Source: Candidatus Latescibacterota bacterium
GTDB lineage: Bacteria > Latescibacterota > UBA2968
Length of the DNA stretch: 64,000 nucleotides
Assembly (NCBI GenBank): GCA_965116885.1
Contig: OZ220741.1
Span: 64,001 to 128,000 of the forward strand
Direction of reading: 5' to 3'
The notes beneath the pieces were generated by a model, which saw only the letters and a program-made list of their open reading frames with translations, ran no database searches and was not told the DNA's origin. This document shows positions 54,938 through 64,000 of this stretch, piece by piece; the stretch's first letter is position 1; every line of letters begins with the position of its first letter. The position numbers and the translations under genes were made by a program.

Positions 54938-56188
54938 ATGATGTTGCAACGTGTATCGGTCATACTCGGAATTCTAATTGCTCTTTGGGCATTTTCGGGG
55001 TGCAGTGAGGAAGCCACTGCTGACAAGGCATCTGCTGATAGCAAGGCAAAGACCACTTCGGCCAAAGCTGATTCGGCCAAAGCTGACTCTGCCAAAGTTG
55101 CCGCAAATCAGAAAAAAAACAAACAACAGAATCCAAAGGCCAAAAAGCAACCAAATCCCAGGCGCCAAAATCAAAAACCGAGAGTCGCCGAAGGGGTCCC
55201 CGTAAAAGTATCTGTCGTGGGAACGGGCAAAATCTCCCAGCATGTGCTCTACAGCGCCACAGTAGAAGCCGAAGAAACCATTGATATTTACGCACGAGGT
55301 TCCGGGTTGGTGCGGCGCGTACTGACCGAAGAAGGGGAAAATGTGCGCGAGGGCCAGGTGCTGATCGAACTGGTTGACGACGAATTAAAACTCAACGAAG
55401 CCGAGGCAAAATTGGCGTATCAAAAATTGGAAGGTCAACTCAAGCGAAAAGAAGAGTTGTTTAATCGACAACTTTTGGCAAAAGAAGAATACGAAGACCT
55501 CAAGATCAATGTTGAACAGAGCAAAATTCGGTGGGAACGCGCCCGGTTATCCCTCGATTATGCGCGCGTGCGCGCGCCAGTAAGCGGAGTCATTTCAAAG
55601 CGCTCGGTCAAGCTGGGCGACCGCATTGGAGCCAGCACAAAGCTCTACGAAATGGTCAACTTGAGCCGCCTGATCGCATATGTACACGTACCGGGGCAAG
55701 GTATGAATAATTTGGCTGTTGGGCAGCCCGCACTCATAACAACAGATTTTTTGCCCGGTACAAAATTCCAGGGAAAGATATTGCGCATCAGTCCGGTAGT
55801 CGATCCGGAGACGGGCACTTTTAAGGTAACCCTGGAACTGAAATCAAAGAATCGGATGCTGCGGCCAGGCATGTTTGTCAACGCACACATCGTCACAGCG
55901 ACTCACCCCCAGGCTGTACTCGTACCCAAGCGAGCCGTGGTGTACGACGATGGCATGCCGCATGTATTTGTCGTATCGGACAGCACAGTCAACAAAGTGC
56001 GCTTTGAAATGGGTTTTGACGACACCGAATTTGTCGAGGTGCTCGCGGGCGTAAAAAAAGGCGACCAGATTGTAGTGGTAGGACAAAATGGTTTGAAGAA
56101 TAAAGCCAAAGTACGGATCATCGAAGGTGAAGGATTGCGCATTCCCGCAAAGCCCGACTCAACCGGGGAACAGGCGGAAAAGACGTAA
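54938..56188 (+). CDS. RND efflux periplasmic adaptor (membrane fusion protein), probable lipoprotein
   Basis: FSGC lipobox; EGENVREGQVL, RAPVSG, VDPETGTF, LRPGMF. Confidence 0.92.
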   Translation: MMLQRVSVILGILIALWAFSGCSEEATADKASADSKAKTTSAKADSAKADSAKVAANQKKNKQQNPKAKKQPNPRRQNQKPRVAEGVPVKVSVVGTGKISQHVLYSATVEAEETIDIYARGSGLVRRVLTEEGENVREGQVLIELVDDELKLNEAEAKLAYQKLEGQLKRKEELFNRQLLAKEEYEDLKINVEQSKIRWERARLSLDYARVRAPVSGVISKRSVKLGDRIGASTKLYEMVNLSRLIAYVHVPGQGMNNLAVGQPALITTDFLPGTKFQGKILRISPVVDPETGTFKVTLELKSKNRMLRPGMFVNAHIVTATHPQAVLVPKRAVVYDDGMPHVFVVSDSTVNKVRFEMGFDDTEFVEVLAGVKKGDQIVVVGQNGLKNKAKVRIIEGEGLRIPAKPDSTGEQAEKT

Positions 56189-56284
56189 TGAGGTATCTTT
56201 TGTTTACCTGTCGTTTTACGAAAATAGCGAATCGCAGACTTTAATATGTGGGCGGTTCGCTGATTTTTTTATGCGGAGTGATAC

Positions 56285-59200
56285 ATGCAGAACAACGTAG
56301 AATCGGAAACTCGGGATAATATAAAACGGAACTTTTCTCGCACATTTGAGATTACGACCCGGCGGCCCGTAGCGATTTTTATGGTCGTCCTGGCCGTTGC
56401 CGTATTTGGCTATGTATCTTATCAGCAACTACCGCTAAATATGATGCCCGACATTTCATATCCAACGCTAACAGTGCGTACCGAATATCCCGATACCGCA
56501 CCAGAGGAAGTTGAAAATTTGATCTCAAGGCCAATTGAACAGCGCCTGGGGGTGGTGAGCAACCTCGTAAGCATAACATCGATCTCCAGACCTGGCATGT
56601 CCGATGTGATTTTGGAATTTGGCTGGGACACCGATATGAATGACGCCGTGCAAACAGTGCGCGAAAACCTCGACCGCCTCAATTTGCCGCGCGGAGTCAA
56701 TCGCCCATTGATATTGCGCTACGATCCCACGCAAGACCCGATAATGCGCGTGGGGATTTACGGCAACGAGAATATGTACGTATTGCGCCATCTTGCCGAA
56801 GAAGAAATCAAGCAAGAATTGGAAGCACTCAAAGGCGTAGCTGCTGCGCGTGTGAAAGGTGGACTGGAAGAAGAAATTCGAGTTGAGATCAGCGAGCGGC
56901 AATTGGCACTGATGGGACTCAATATCAACACCATCAACCGGCGGTTGCAAGAGGAAAATGTCAACCTGGCCGGCGGCAGCTTGTTAGACGGACAGACACA
57001 GTACCTCGTGCGTACGCTGAATGAATTTCGCACCATAGACGAAATTGCCAACCTGGTAGTAGGCGACCGCAACAATATTGAAATTCGGGTAAAAGATGTG
57101 GGACAGGTTTATCGCACGCACAAAGAGCGGGAGATCATCACGCGGGTCAATGGTGTAGAAAGTGTAGAAATCGAAATTTTTAAGGAAGCCGACGCCAATA
57201 TCGTAGCGACAGCACAGCGCGTGCGCGACCGCTTGTTTGGCACGCCCGAACAATTGGCATACATAGAAAAACTCAAAGCGGGCGAAATTGAAGAAGCCAA
57301 AGCCAACGACCGGCGGGAACAGGTGCGGCAATTTGTGCAGATGAAAGAAATGACGAGTTTTATCGCTTTTACATTGCCCGAAGATGTGGCTATGGAACTG
57401 CTGTCCGATCAATCGACATTTATTGAATCATCGATCAACGAGGTCAAACAAACCGCGGTGGTGGGTGGGCTACTCGCGATACTGGTCCTGTACATCTTTC
57501 TTCGCAATCCGTCTCACACCGCTATTGTGGGACTCGCCATCCCGATTTCAATTGTGGCGACATTTGCCCCTATGAACATCTTTGGCGTATCCCTGAATAT
57601 CATGTCTCTGGGCGGGTTGGCTCTCGGTATTGGAATGCTGGTTGACAATGCCATTGTCGTATTGGAAAGCATTTTTCGATGCCGCGAAGAAGGCGACGAT
57701 ATGATTGCGGCCACCATCCGAGGGACCGGGGAAGTCGGCGGGGCGGTTTTTGCATCCACGCTGACAACTGTGGCAGTATTTTTTCCCATCGTATTTGTCG
57801 AAGGCGTAGCCGGGCAGATTTTTGGCGACATGGCACTAACCGTTGTTTTCTCACTCCTGGCATCTCTGGGCGTCGCACTATTTTTTATTCCCATGCTGGC
57901 TTCGCGGCAAGTGCATTTGTCACGCGGCGATGGCGAAGGGCAAGGTGGGCGTCTGATGCAGTCTGAAGTATTGCAACTGCGTTCGGTGGCGTGGTTACTC
58001 GAGGGCATGGGCCTGAAAAACAGGGACGAAAATGCACTTCAATATCACGCCATGAACTCTCGCACGCTGTTGATGCGCGTACCAATTGGCTTTATCTATT
58101 TGTTGGTCGAATACGTCATCCGCACATTGTGGCTTGCAAGTGTAATCGCACTCGTGGCACTCAAAGCTGTCTTTACCGTATTGGCGGTTCTCCTATACCC
58201 CATTATCTATCCCGGATGGGGATTTTATTCTTGGCTCGGTTCTGGACCATTATGGCGTCAGGAAATAAATCGCCTGTGGGGACCTTTATGCGCCTGGGCT
58301 GAGGACCGCGACCTGTTTGGCAAAGCATGGGTACGGATAATATGGGATAATTTGCTGGCATTTGTGACGCCCCAAAATTTGGGACGCGACCTGAGTGTGC
58401 AAACGAAATGGACAGGCAGGACATTGAAGCGTCTGTTCCGCTGGATTTTAAAACGCGCGATCTGGAAGCGCGTCCTGGAAATCGCACCCGTGCTCCTGGG
58501 CGCGGCAGGTGTTTTGTTGCTCTTTGTCCTCGGCGCAGTTTATTTTCTTCTTCGATTCCTGATCTTTACAACACTCATCTTAATCGGCAAAATACTAATT
58601 TTGACGCTCATGTTTGTGTTTTTAACCGGATTGGTTGCATTGCTGTTGGTCGCCCTTGTCCTGTTGCCCCTCCTCGCGCCAGTGCTATTTTTGTTTGAGC
58701 GCGGTTTTGCAACGATTCGGCGTGCTTACACGCCTTTTATCCGCTGGGCTTTGCACAACAGACTGAGCATTATAGCGGGTGCTGTGGTGCCTTTTGCGAT
58801 ATGCTGGATGGTCTTGTTGCCCCGATTGGGCAATGAATTGATCCCACAGGTACATCAGGGCGAATTTAATGTGGATATTGGTTTGCCCGTGGGCACGCCG
58901 CTCGAAATGACCGACGAAACCCTGAAACTCATCGAATCGCGGGTGATGAATGCATATGATGTGGGCGCGGTTTCTTCGACAGTCGGCGTGGATAAAACCG
59001 ATATCGCATCGTCTGATCAAGGCGAGCACACCGGGGTTGTTTCCGTGGTACTCGAGGATATCGAAACAGAGGGACGAGAAAATGTACTGGCGAGTTGGGG
59101 ACAAGACCTGCTGACATTGCCCACACGTATTTGGGGCGGCATCAGTGGGGAAAGTGTTTTGGCACAGCGCGAAGACGCATTGATGGCTGATTTGCGAAGC

Positions 59201-60325
59201 AGACTCTCGGATTTACCGCAGATAAAAGCCGATTTTTCACGCCCCGAACTATTTAGTTTTAAGACGCCTATAGAAGTGGAAATTCGCGGTTATGATTTGC
59301 CAACATTGACCCAATTAGGACGCGAGGCCGAGCGGGTGATGAGCGAAATTCCCGGACTTTACGATGTAAAATCGAGCCTTCAGCGCGGCAATCCGGAAGT
59401 GCAAATCGTCTATAAGCGCGACTTGTTGGCAAAATACAACTTAAATGTGCGTCAGGTCGCCTCGCTGGTGCGCGAAAAAGTACAGGGCAATGTGGTAACG
59501 CGATTTCGAGAAGCCGACCGGCGCATTGATGTACTGGTGCGCGTAGATGAGGCTGACCGCGCCGGAGTAACTGAGTTGCGTCGGCTGGTGGTGAACCCGG
59601 GGCGACAGCAAGTGCCCATTCGCCTATCTTCAGTGGCCAACATCGAAGTACACGAAGGACCCAGTGAAATTCGGCGCATAGATCAACAGCGCGCGGTTCT
59701 GATTTCGGCCAATGTGAGCGGTATAGATCTGGGAACAATGACCGCTATGATTCAGCAGACATTGGAAACAATGGAAGTCCCTCAGGACGTATCGATGGTC
59801 ATTGGCGGACAAAACAAGGAAATGGAGACATCGTTGAACAGTTTGACCTTTGCATTGGGTCTTGCAATTTTTCTCGTGTACATCGTAATGGCCTCCCAAT
59901 TTGAATCATTCCTCCATCCATTCGTAATTATGTTTAGCATCCCGCTGGCACTGATTGGCGTAATAGTCATTCTATTTCTCACCGGCATACCTCTCTCAGT
60001 CGTGGTCTTTTTGGGCGTTATCATGCTGGCGGGCATTGTCGTGAACAATGCCATTGTGCTCGTAGATTATATCAACCACCTGCGGCGCAGTGGTCTGTCC
60101 AAATTGGAAGCAATTGTCCAGGCTGGCGAAGTGCGGTTGCGCCCCATCTTGATGACCACATCGACAACCGTGCTGGGATTATTGCCCATGGCACTCGGCC
60201 TGGGCGATGGCGCAGAAATCCGCACGCCAATGGCCATCACCGTCGTCGCCGGGCTAATCAGTTCCACCATTTTAACACTGGTAATTATTCCAACGGTATA
60301 TTCTCTAATGGACCGCGGCGAATGA
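56285..60325 (+). CDS. AcrB/AcrD/AcrF family RND permease with a large insertion
   Basis: RRPVA, PEEVE..ISRPIE, GMLVDNAIVVLE, ASTLTT.AVF.P, GIVVNNAIVLVD, RLRPILMT. Confidence 0.93.
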   Translation: MQNNVESETRDNIKRNFSRTFEITTRRPVAIFMVVLAVAVFGYVSYQQLPLNMMPDISYPTLTVRTEYPDTAPEEVENLISRPIEQRLGVVSNLVSITSISRPGMSDVILEFGWDTDMNDAVQTVRENLDRLNLPRGVNRPLILRYDPTQDPIMRVGIYGNENMYVLRHLAEEEIKQELEALKGVAAARVKGGLEEEIRVEISERQLALMGLNINTINRRLQEENVNLAGGSLLDGQTQYLVRTLNEFRTIDEIANLVVGDRNNIEIRVKDVGQVYRTHKEREIITRVNGVESVEIEIFKEADANIVATAQRVRDRLFGTPEQLAYIEKLKAGEIEEAKANDRREQVRQFVQMKEMTSFIAFTLPEDVAMELLSDQSTFIESSINEVKQTAVVGGLLAILVLYIFLRNPSHTAIVGLAIPISIVATFAPMNIFGVSLNIMSLGGLALGIGMLVDNAIVVLESIFRCREEGDDMIAATIRGTGEVGGAVFASTLTTVAVFFPIVFVEGVAGQIFGDMALTVVFSLLASLGVALFFIPMLASRQVHLSRGDGEGQGGRLMQSEVLQLRSVAWLLEGMGLKNRDENALQYHAMNSRTLLMRVPIGFIYLLVEYVIRTLWLASVIALVALKAVFTVLAVLLYPIIYPGWGFYSWLGSGPLWRQEINRLWGPLCAWAEDRDLFGKAWVRIIWDNLLAFVTPQNLGRDLSVQTKWTGRTLKRLFRWILKRAIWKRVLEIAPVLLGAAGVLLLFVLGAVYFLLRFLIFTTLILIGKILILTLMFVFLTGLVALLLVALVLLPLLAPVLFLFERGFATIRRAYTPFIRWALHNRLSIIAGAVVPFAICWMVLLPRLGNELIPQVHQGEFNVDIGLPVGTPLEMTDETLKLIESRVMNAYDVGAVSSTVGVDKTDIASSDQGEHTGVVSVVLEDIETEGRENVLASWGQDLLTLPTRIWGGISGESVLAQREDALMADLRSRLSDLPQIKADFSRPELFSFKTPIEVEIRGYDLPTLTQLGREAERVMSEIPGLYDVKSSLQRGNPEVQIVYKRDLLAKYNLNVRQVASLVREKVQGNVVTRFREADRRIDVLVRVDEADRAGVTELRRLVVNPGRQQVPIRLSSVANIEVHEGPSEIRRIDQQRAVLISANVSGIDLGTMTAMIQQTLETMEVPQDVSMVIGGQNKEMETSLNSLTFALGLAIFLVYIVMASQFESFLHPFVIMFSIPLALIGVIVILFLTGIPLSVVVFLGVIMLAGIVVNNAIVLVDYINHLRRSGLSKLEAIVQAGEVRLRPILMTTSTTVLGLLPMALGLGDGAEIRTPMAITVVAGLISSTILTLVIIPTVYSLMDRGE

Positions 60326-60512
60326 CCAGCCCCCAGCCCTACTGAACTCCCCGAAAATTTTTTTCAATTGACTTTTGATAACTTTCCATTTTCTTAAACA
60401 CTTGAAATTTTTTGTGGCAAGTAAGCAAATACCCGGTAACTTTTTGGGCGTTTTTTCGTCTAACCCTTGTAACAACGATAGTCACCCTATTTGCCGAAAC
60501 ATGGAGAATTGA

Positions 60513-61886
60513 ATGATGCGTTTTAGATATATCGCAGTATTGGCAATAATCTTTGCCCATGTGAATACAAGTGCCCAAGAAGAGCGCAGAGAAATGCGCC
60601 TGACGCTAAATGAGTGTGTGGAGATCTCGCTGACGAGCAGTGCCCAAATTGAGCAATTTAAGTACACAGTTGCGATTGCTGAGACCCAGGTAGATAATGC
60701 GCGGAATAGTTTCTTCCCGACCAATTCGACCATGTCATGGAATATCAGCAGACAGGTTCAAGGACCTCGTGAGGGGCAAGTTCTGGATCAGACAACCGGT
60801 ACTCTGGTGCAGTTATTGGGGGAAGACCGCATTACCGGTGGACAGAATTTCAGGATTGGTGGATTGACAATGCCGATTTATGACGGTCAGATCATCTCCC
60901 AGCTATCGAGTGCGAAAAACAGTCTGATGCAGACGCAAATGCAACAAACTGGCAATCGCCAAACGATCATTTTTCAGACCAAACAGCGCTATTTTCAACT
61001 TTTGCAGACGATTAAACTATTGGAAGTCCAGCAAGAGCGCGTACGAGTATCTGAAGAAAGCCTGCGTCGCGCAGAAACATTGTATGAGATTGGGTCCGCG
61101 GCAATTTTACAGGTGACGAATGCAAGATCGAATCTGGCGGGTTTGCGCGCAACCCTGATTCAGCGAGAAAATGATGTGCGCATCGCCCAGTCGAATCTGG
61201 CATTTACAATGGGTCTGGGCACGGATGTAGATATTATTCCATCAGAAGAAGAGTTTGAACTTCTGTCTCCTCAATATTCAGAGTCTGATGCACTGTCTAT
61301 AGCCCTTAAAGAACACCCCGACATCCTGGACAGCAAGTACGGTATGCTGGCATCCCGAGACACTTATAATGCAACGAGGAAAAGTTTGTACCATCCCAGA
61401 ATAACAATGAACATGAATGCCTATAGCTGGAGTATCGGTAAGGATGAGGAATTTGGCGGTATAGAAGACCTATTCCTCAAGAACTATGGCTATGGTATTG
61501 GTCTCAGTGTGAACATGCCCATTTTTAACTTCAACACGAGCAACAACTTGAAACGCCAAAAGCTACAATACTTGCTCAGCCAGGAGCGGTTAGACCAGGC
61601 CAAACGACAAAAAGCATTAACCATTCGACAGCGCTATCTCAACCTGGAGCGCTTTCGGCGTTTGATTGAAGCGAATGAAGTGGCAGTGGAAGCGGCTGAA
61701 GAAAATTTCAAGCTGGAAGAAGAGCGGTATAATTTTGGCGGGGGAACATTTCTGGAACGATTGACTGCTCAGCGCGATTTGTTTGATGCGCGCAATAATC
61801 TCGTGCAGTCAAAATACAACTATTTGATCGAGATGGCGAATTTGGAAAACGAAGTCGGCACACCTGTTGTCGGAAATCCTGAATAA
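60513..61886 (+). CDS. TolC family outer membrane efflux protein
   Basis: Signal peptide; LTLNECVEISL; two OEP-like repeats (LYEIG, ERYNFG); follows the RND genes. Confidence 0.88.
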   Translation: MMRFRYIAVLAIIFAHVNTSAQEERREMRLTLNECVEISLTSSAQIEQFKYTVAIAETQVDNARNSFFPTNSTMSWNISRQVQGPREGQVLDQTTGTLVQLLGEDRITGGQNFRIGGLTMPIYDGQIISQLSSAKNSLMQTQMQQTGNRQTIIFQTKQRYFQLLQTIKLLEVQQERVRVSEESLRRAETLYEIGSAAILQVTNARSNLAGLRATLIQRENDVRIAQSNLAFTMGLGTDVDIIPSEEEFELLSPQYSESDALSIALKEHPDILDSKYGMLASRDTYNATRKSLYHPRITMNMNAYSWSIGKDEEFGGIEDLFLKNYGYGIGLSVNMPIFNFNTSNNLKRQKLQYLLSQERLDQAKRQKALTIRQRYLNLERFRRLIEANEVAVEAAEENFKLEEERYNFGGGTFLERLTAQRDLFDARNNLVQSKYNYLIEMANLENEVGTPVVGNPE

Positions 61887-61901
61887 TACGGAGGCGAGTT
61901 T

Positions 61902-62360
61902 ATGGGTATGTTTCATCGAACTGGTATGGGATTGGTTGCGGCTGCTCTGCTCTTGAGCATGGCTGTACCTGCCCAGGCTGTGGGTAAGGACTTTTTGATG
62001 CGATCAAAATTTCACGGCGCGTTAATGTTAGGTCTGGGCGGCGTTCTGGTTAAGCAAGCAGTAGATGCAAAAAAAGAAGCCAATGATGCTTATGATCTTT
62101 ACAAACAAGCCGGCACCTCTGCATTAGCGCGAGAATTTTACGATAATTCCAAGCGCCATGACACCCGCGCCGCAGTATTGGGTGTGGCCGGCGGTGCAAC
62201 CATTCTTTTTGCCGTGCATCTATTTATGAAAGAAGATGAGAGTGGTTTACCGCCTCCGAAGATGGATCGAGGCATCGTGAACATCAAGGGTGTGGCATTA
62301 GATATAAAAGGCGATGTGTTTCAGAGAAAGATGCAGCTACAGTTAAAAAAAGGATTTTGA
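61902..62360 (+). CDS. Hypothetical exported/membrane protein
   Basis: GGAGG RBS, signal peptide ending AQA, two hydrophobic helices. Confidence 0.65.
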   Translation: MGMFHRTGMGLVAAALLLSMAVPAQAVGKDFLMRSKFHGALMLGLGGVLVKQAVDAKKEANDAYDLYKQAGTSALAREFYDNSKRHDTRAAVLGVAGGATILFAVHLFMKEDESGLPPPKMDRGIVNIKGVALDIKGDVFQRKMQLQLKKGF

Positions 62361-62371
62361 AGAAAAAAAAC

Positions 62372-62412
62372 AAAAAAAGGGTCAATGCTCGCGTGAGCGT
62401 TGACCCTTTTTT
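62372..62412. terminator. Intrinsic (bidirectional) terminator
   Basis: AAAAAAAGGGTCAATGCTC-GCGT-GAGCGTTGACCCTTTTTT. Confidence 0.85.
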
Positions 62413-62439
62413 GCATGGTATTTGTGGAGGGCGTTTGAC

Positions 62440-62934
62440 ATGCCGTCGGGTAAGACACATACGCGGATTGATCTTTTTTTCTTAGTGGTCATCATCGGCA
62501 TAGGAGCCTGTTTTTGGGGATCTCTCGTCGAATATTTCGGACGCGATGAAATGGTCGAATACGGAACTGTCTTTGTGATTGCCTATTTATTTGGCACATT
62601 TTTATTATCGCCCGATCTGGACTTAAAGGCCAGTGATCCATTGAAAAACTGGGGGATTTTGCGTTTGCTGTGGCGGCCTTATTCCCATATTTTCAAACAC
62701 AGAGGGCTTTCCCATACGCCGATTGTGGGCACCTTGACCCGCGTGATTTATATTTTCGTGGTGGTGTACGCACTCGCAGCTATGACGAATGCATTCTTTG
62801 ATCTGGGTTGGAAAATGTCGTTTGACGACTTGAAGGACATGGATTTCAAAATCGTGATATGGGCACTTGCTGGGCTGTGTTTGCCCGATCTTTTTCACAT
62901 TTTGGCCGATCACACACTTAAAAACGCCCGTTGA
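62440..62934 (+). CDS. DUF2227-type putative metal-binding membrane protein
   Basis: MPSGKTH, LSPDLD, WG.LR.LW.PY, HRGLSH, HILAD. Confidence 0.85.
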   Translation: MPSGKTHTRIDLFFLVVIIGIGACFWGSLVEYFGRDEMVEYGTVFVIAYLFGTFLLSPDLDLKASDPLKNWGILRLLWRPYSHIFKHRGLSHTPIVGTLTRVIYIFVVVYALAAMTNAFFDLGWKMSFDDLKDMDFKIVIWALAGLCLPDLFHILADHTLKNAR

Positions 62935-62959
62935 CTTCTGGTTTAGTGCCCCTTATATT
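62931..62959 (+). promoter_or_regulatory. Sigma-70 promoter for the M23-bactofilin pair
   Basis: TTGACT-17 bp-TATATT. Confidence 0.6.
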
Positions 62960-62970
62960 GCACACCCGCT

Positions 62971-63825
62971 GTGCTAAAAACATTGGGAGACATGTTGAAC
63001 TGGCAACGCAAAAACTTTTCTGTGCTGGTCATTCCAGACGATGGCTCGAGAACCCTGAAGTTTAAGCTCAGTTATCACATGCTATTGGGGATAGGTCTGG
63101 GATCGGCCTTTGCGCTGTGTATGGTACTTCTCGGCCTGTTTTTTTTCTGGAGAGCCACGTATTGGAAACACACCGCACAAATGCTTGAACAGGATAATGA
63201 ACGCCTGTACGCCGATGTTACCCGCGTGGAGGAATTGGCGCAAGTGGTAACGCGCATGAAGGTCGAAGAGCAAACACTGCGTTCTATATTGGCCAGTCAC
63301 ACCGGCTTGTCGCCGACACCTGTTGAAGCACGGGACCTTGAGGGGGACTATCCAGTTGCAACGCTATTGGTGCAAAACAAGCCACGTGGTGGTCTGGATA
63401 TGCACTGGGTTCCCGCAATCTGGCCTGTATCCCCTTCTGTTGGATGGGTGGCACGCGAGTTTGAAGCGAGTGACAATTGCGTCAACGGACTATTTCCGGC
63501 GGGCATATTCAAAAACCGTCATTCGGGGATTGATATCGCAGCCAGTGAAGGGACGCCTGTGCAGGCTACAGCCGATGGGCAGGTGACATTTGCAGATTTC
63601 GATCCCGAGTTGGGGTATATGGTGGTTATTGATCACGGTGGAATTTATACGACGCGGTATGGTCACAATCGCACACTGCTGGTCAAAGAAGGAGAGTATG
63701 TCAGACAAGGGCAATACATTGCACTGGTAGGCACCTCAACGCAAAGCCGTGAACCTCATTTACACTACGAAGTTATCGAAGGGGGACGGGCATGCAATCC
63801 GCACGATTTCTTACCTCAAAATTAG
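62971..63825 (+). CDS. M23 family metallopeptidase with N-terminal TM and coiled coil
   Basis: HSGIDIA, YGH, PHLHYEV; alternative start 62992. Confidence 0.92.
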   Translation: MLKTLGDMLNWQRKNFSVLVIPDDGSRTLKFKLSYHMLLGIGLGSAFALCMVLLGLFFFWRATYWKHTAQMLEQDNERLYADVTRVEELAQVVTRMKVEEQTLRSILASHTGLSPTPVEARDLEGDYPVATLLVQNKPRGGLDMHWVPAIWPVSPSVGWVAREFEASDNCVNGLFPAGIFKNRHSGIDIAASEGTPVQATADGQVTFADFDPELGYMVVIDHGGIYTTRYGHNRTLLVKEGEYVRQGQYIALVGTSTQSREPHLHYEVIEGGRACNPHDFLPQN

Positions 63826-63830
63826 CGAAG

Positions 63831-64000
63831 TTGAACAAACAAAACCACGTAGAAGCCATCAATACAATTGTGGGCGAAAGATCGGTTGTGGAAGGGCATT
63901 TTCAGATCGCCGATAGTATCCGAGTAGATGGGACTTTTCGCGGAAAAATCACGTCTTCTGGTTCACTGATCGTCAGTACTCAGGGAGAGGTAGATGCCGA
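63831..64000 (+). CDS. Bactofilin (polymer-forming cytoskeletal protein), 3' truncated by window edge
   Basis: Manual translation gives INTIVGERSVVEGHFQIADSIRVDGTFRGKITSSGSLIVSTQGEVDA; follows an M23 peptidase, a known pairing. Confidence 0.85.
   Translation, partial: MNKQNHVEAINTIVGERSVVEGHFQIADSIRVDGTFRGKITSSGSLIVSTQGEVDA

Noticed and set aside
55058..55100. 15-bp tandem repeat (SAKAD) in the adaptor protein
   Set aside because: Ordinary low-complexity lipoprotein tether, and frame-preserving.
60414..60430. TGGCAAGTAAGC as a sigma-54 promoter for tolC
   Set aside because: GG-to-GC spacing does not match -24/-12.

Overview
Bacterial genomic window, gene-dense and of moderate GC. I saw no rRNA, tRNA or CRISPR array. 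The gene content (ankyrin and HEAT repeat proteins, PhyH and TauD dioxygenases, an Rpn-family gene, toxin-antitoxin modules, a sigma-54-driven MacB-type permease) is reminiscent of Latescibacterota/Poribacteria-like marine or sponge-associated bacteria; this is inference only. Most of the window is housekeeping or metabolic: mnmA, pheA, a LutB-CCG fusion, PBP1A, a galU-like/GHMP kinase/GT4 cluster, ggt, Mrp/ApbC, an RND tripartite pump, and M23 peptidase plus bactofilin. The standout is a candidate undescribed RiPP locus at 13.3-21.2 kb. In order it carries: a giant Ser/Thr kinase-STAND ATPase-TPR-GAF-sigma-54 activator; three palindromic TGCATCC-N4-(G/T)ATGCA-type enhancer sites; a consensus -24/-12 promoter; a 59-aa precursor-like peptide (SCIFF-like leader, one Cys, poly-Asp tail); an RRE-radical SAM-SPASM maturase; and a second, sensor-less sigma-54 activator. 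Upstream is a YtrA-regulated ABC/CPBP operon with a duplicated permease and an in-frame ATPase remnant. Other accessory elements are a small defence islet (Rpn with an internal RBS/ATG for a small C-terminal protein, plus an SBD-HNH phosphorothioate-type nuclease, bracketed by 14-bp direct repeats), an EndoQ-UvrD fusion, and a GC-rich exonuclease-RecQ-UvrD fusion next to a VapBC-type pair. All family calls come from motif recognition by eye; no database searches were run.
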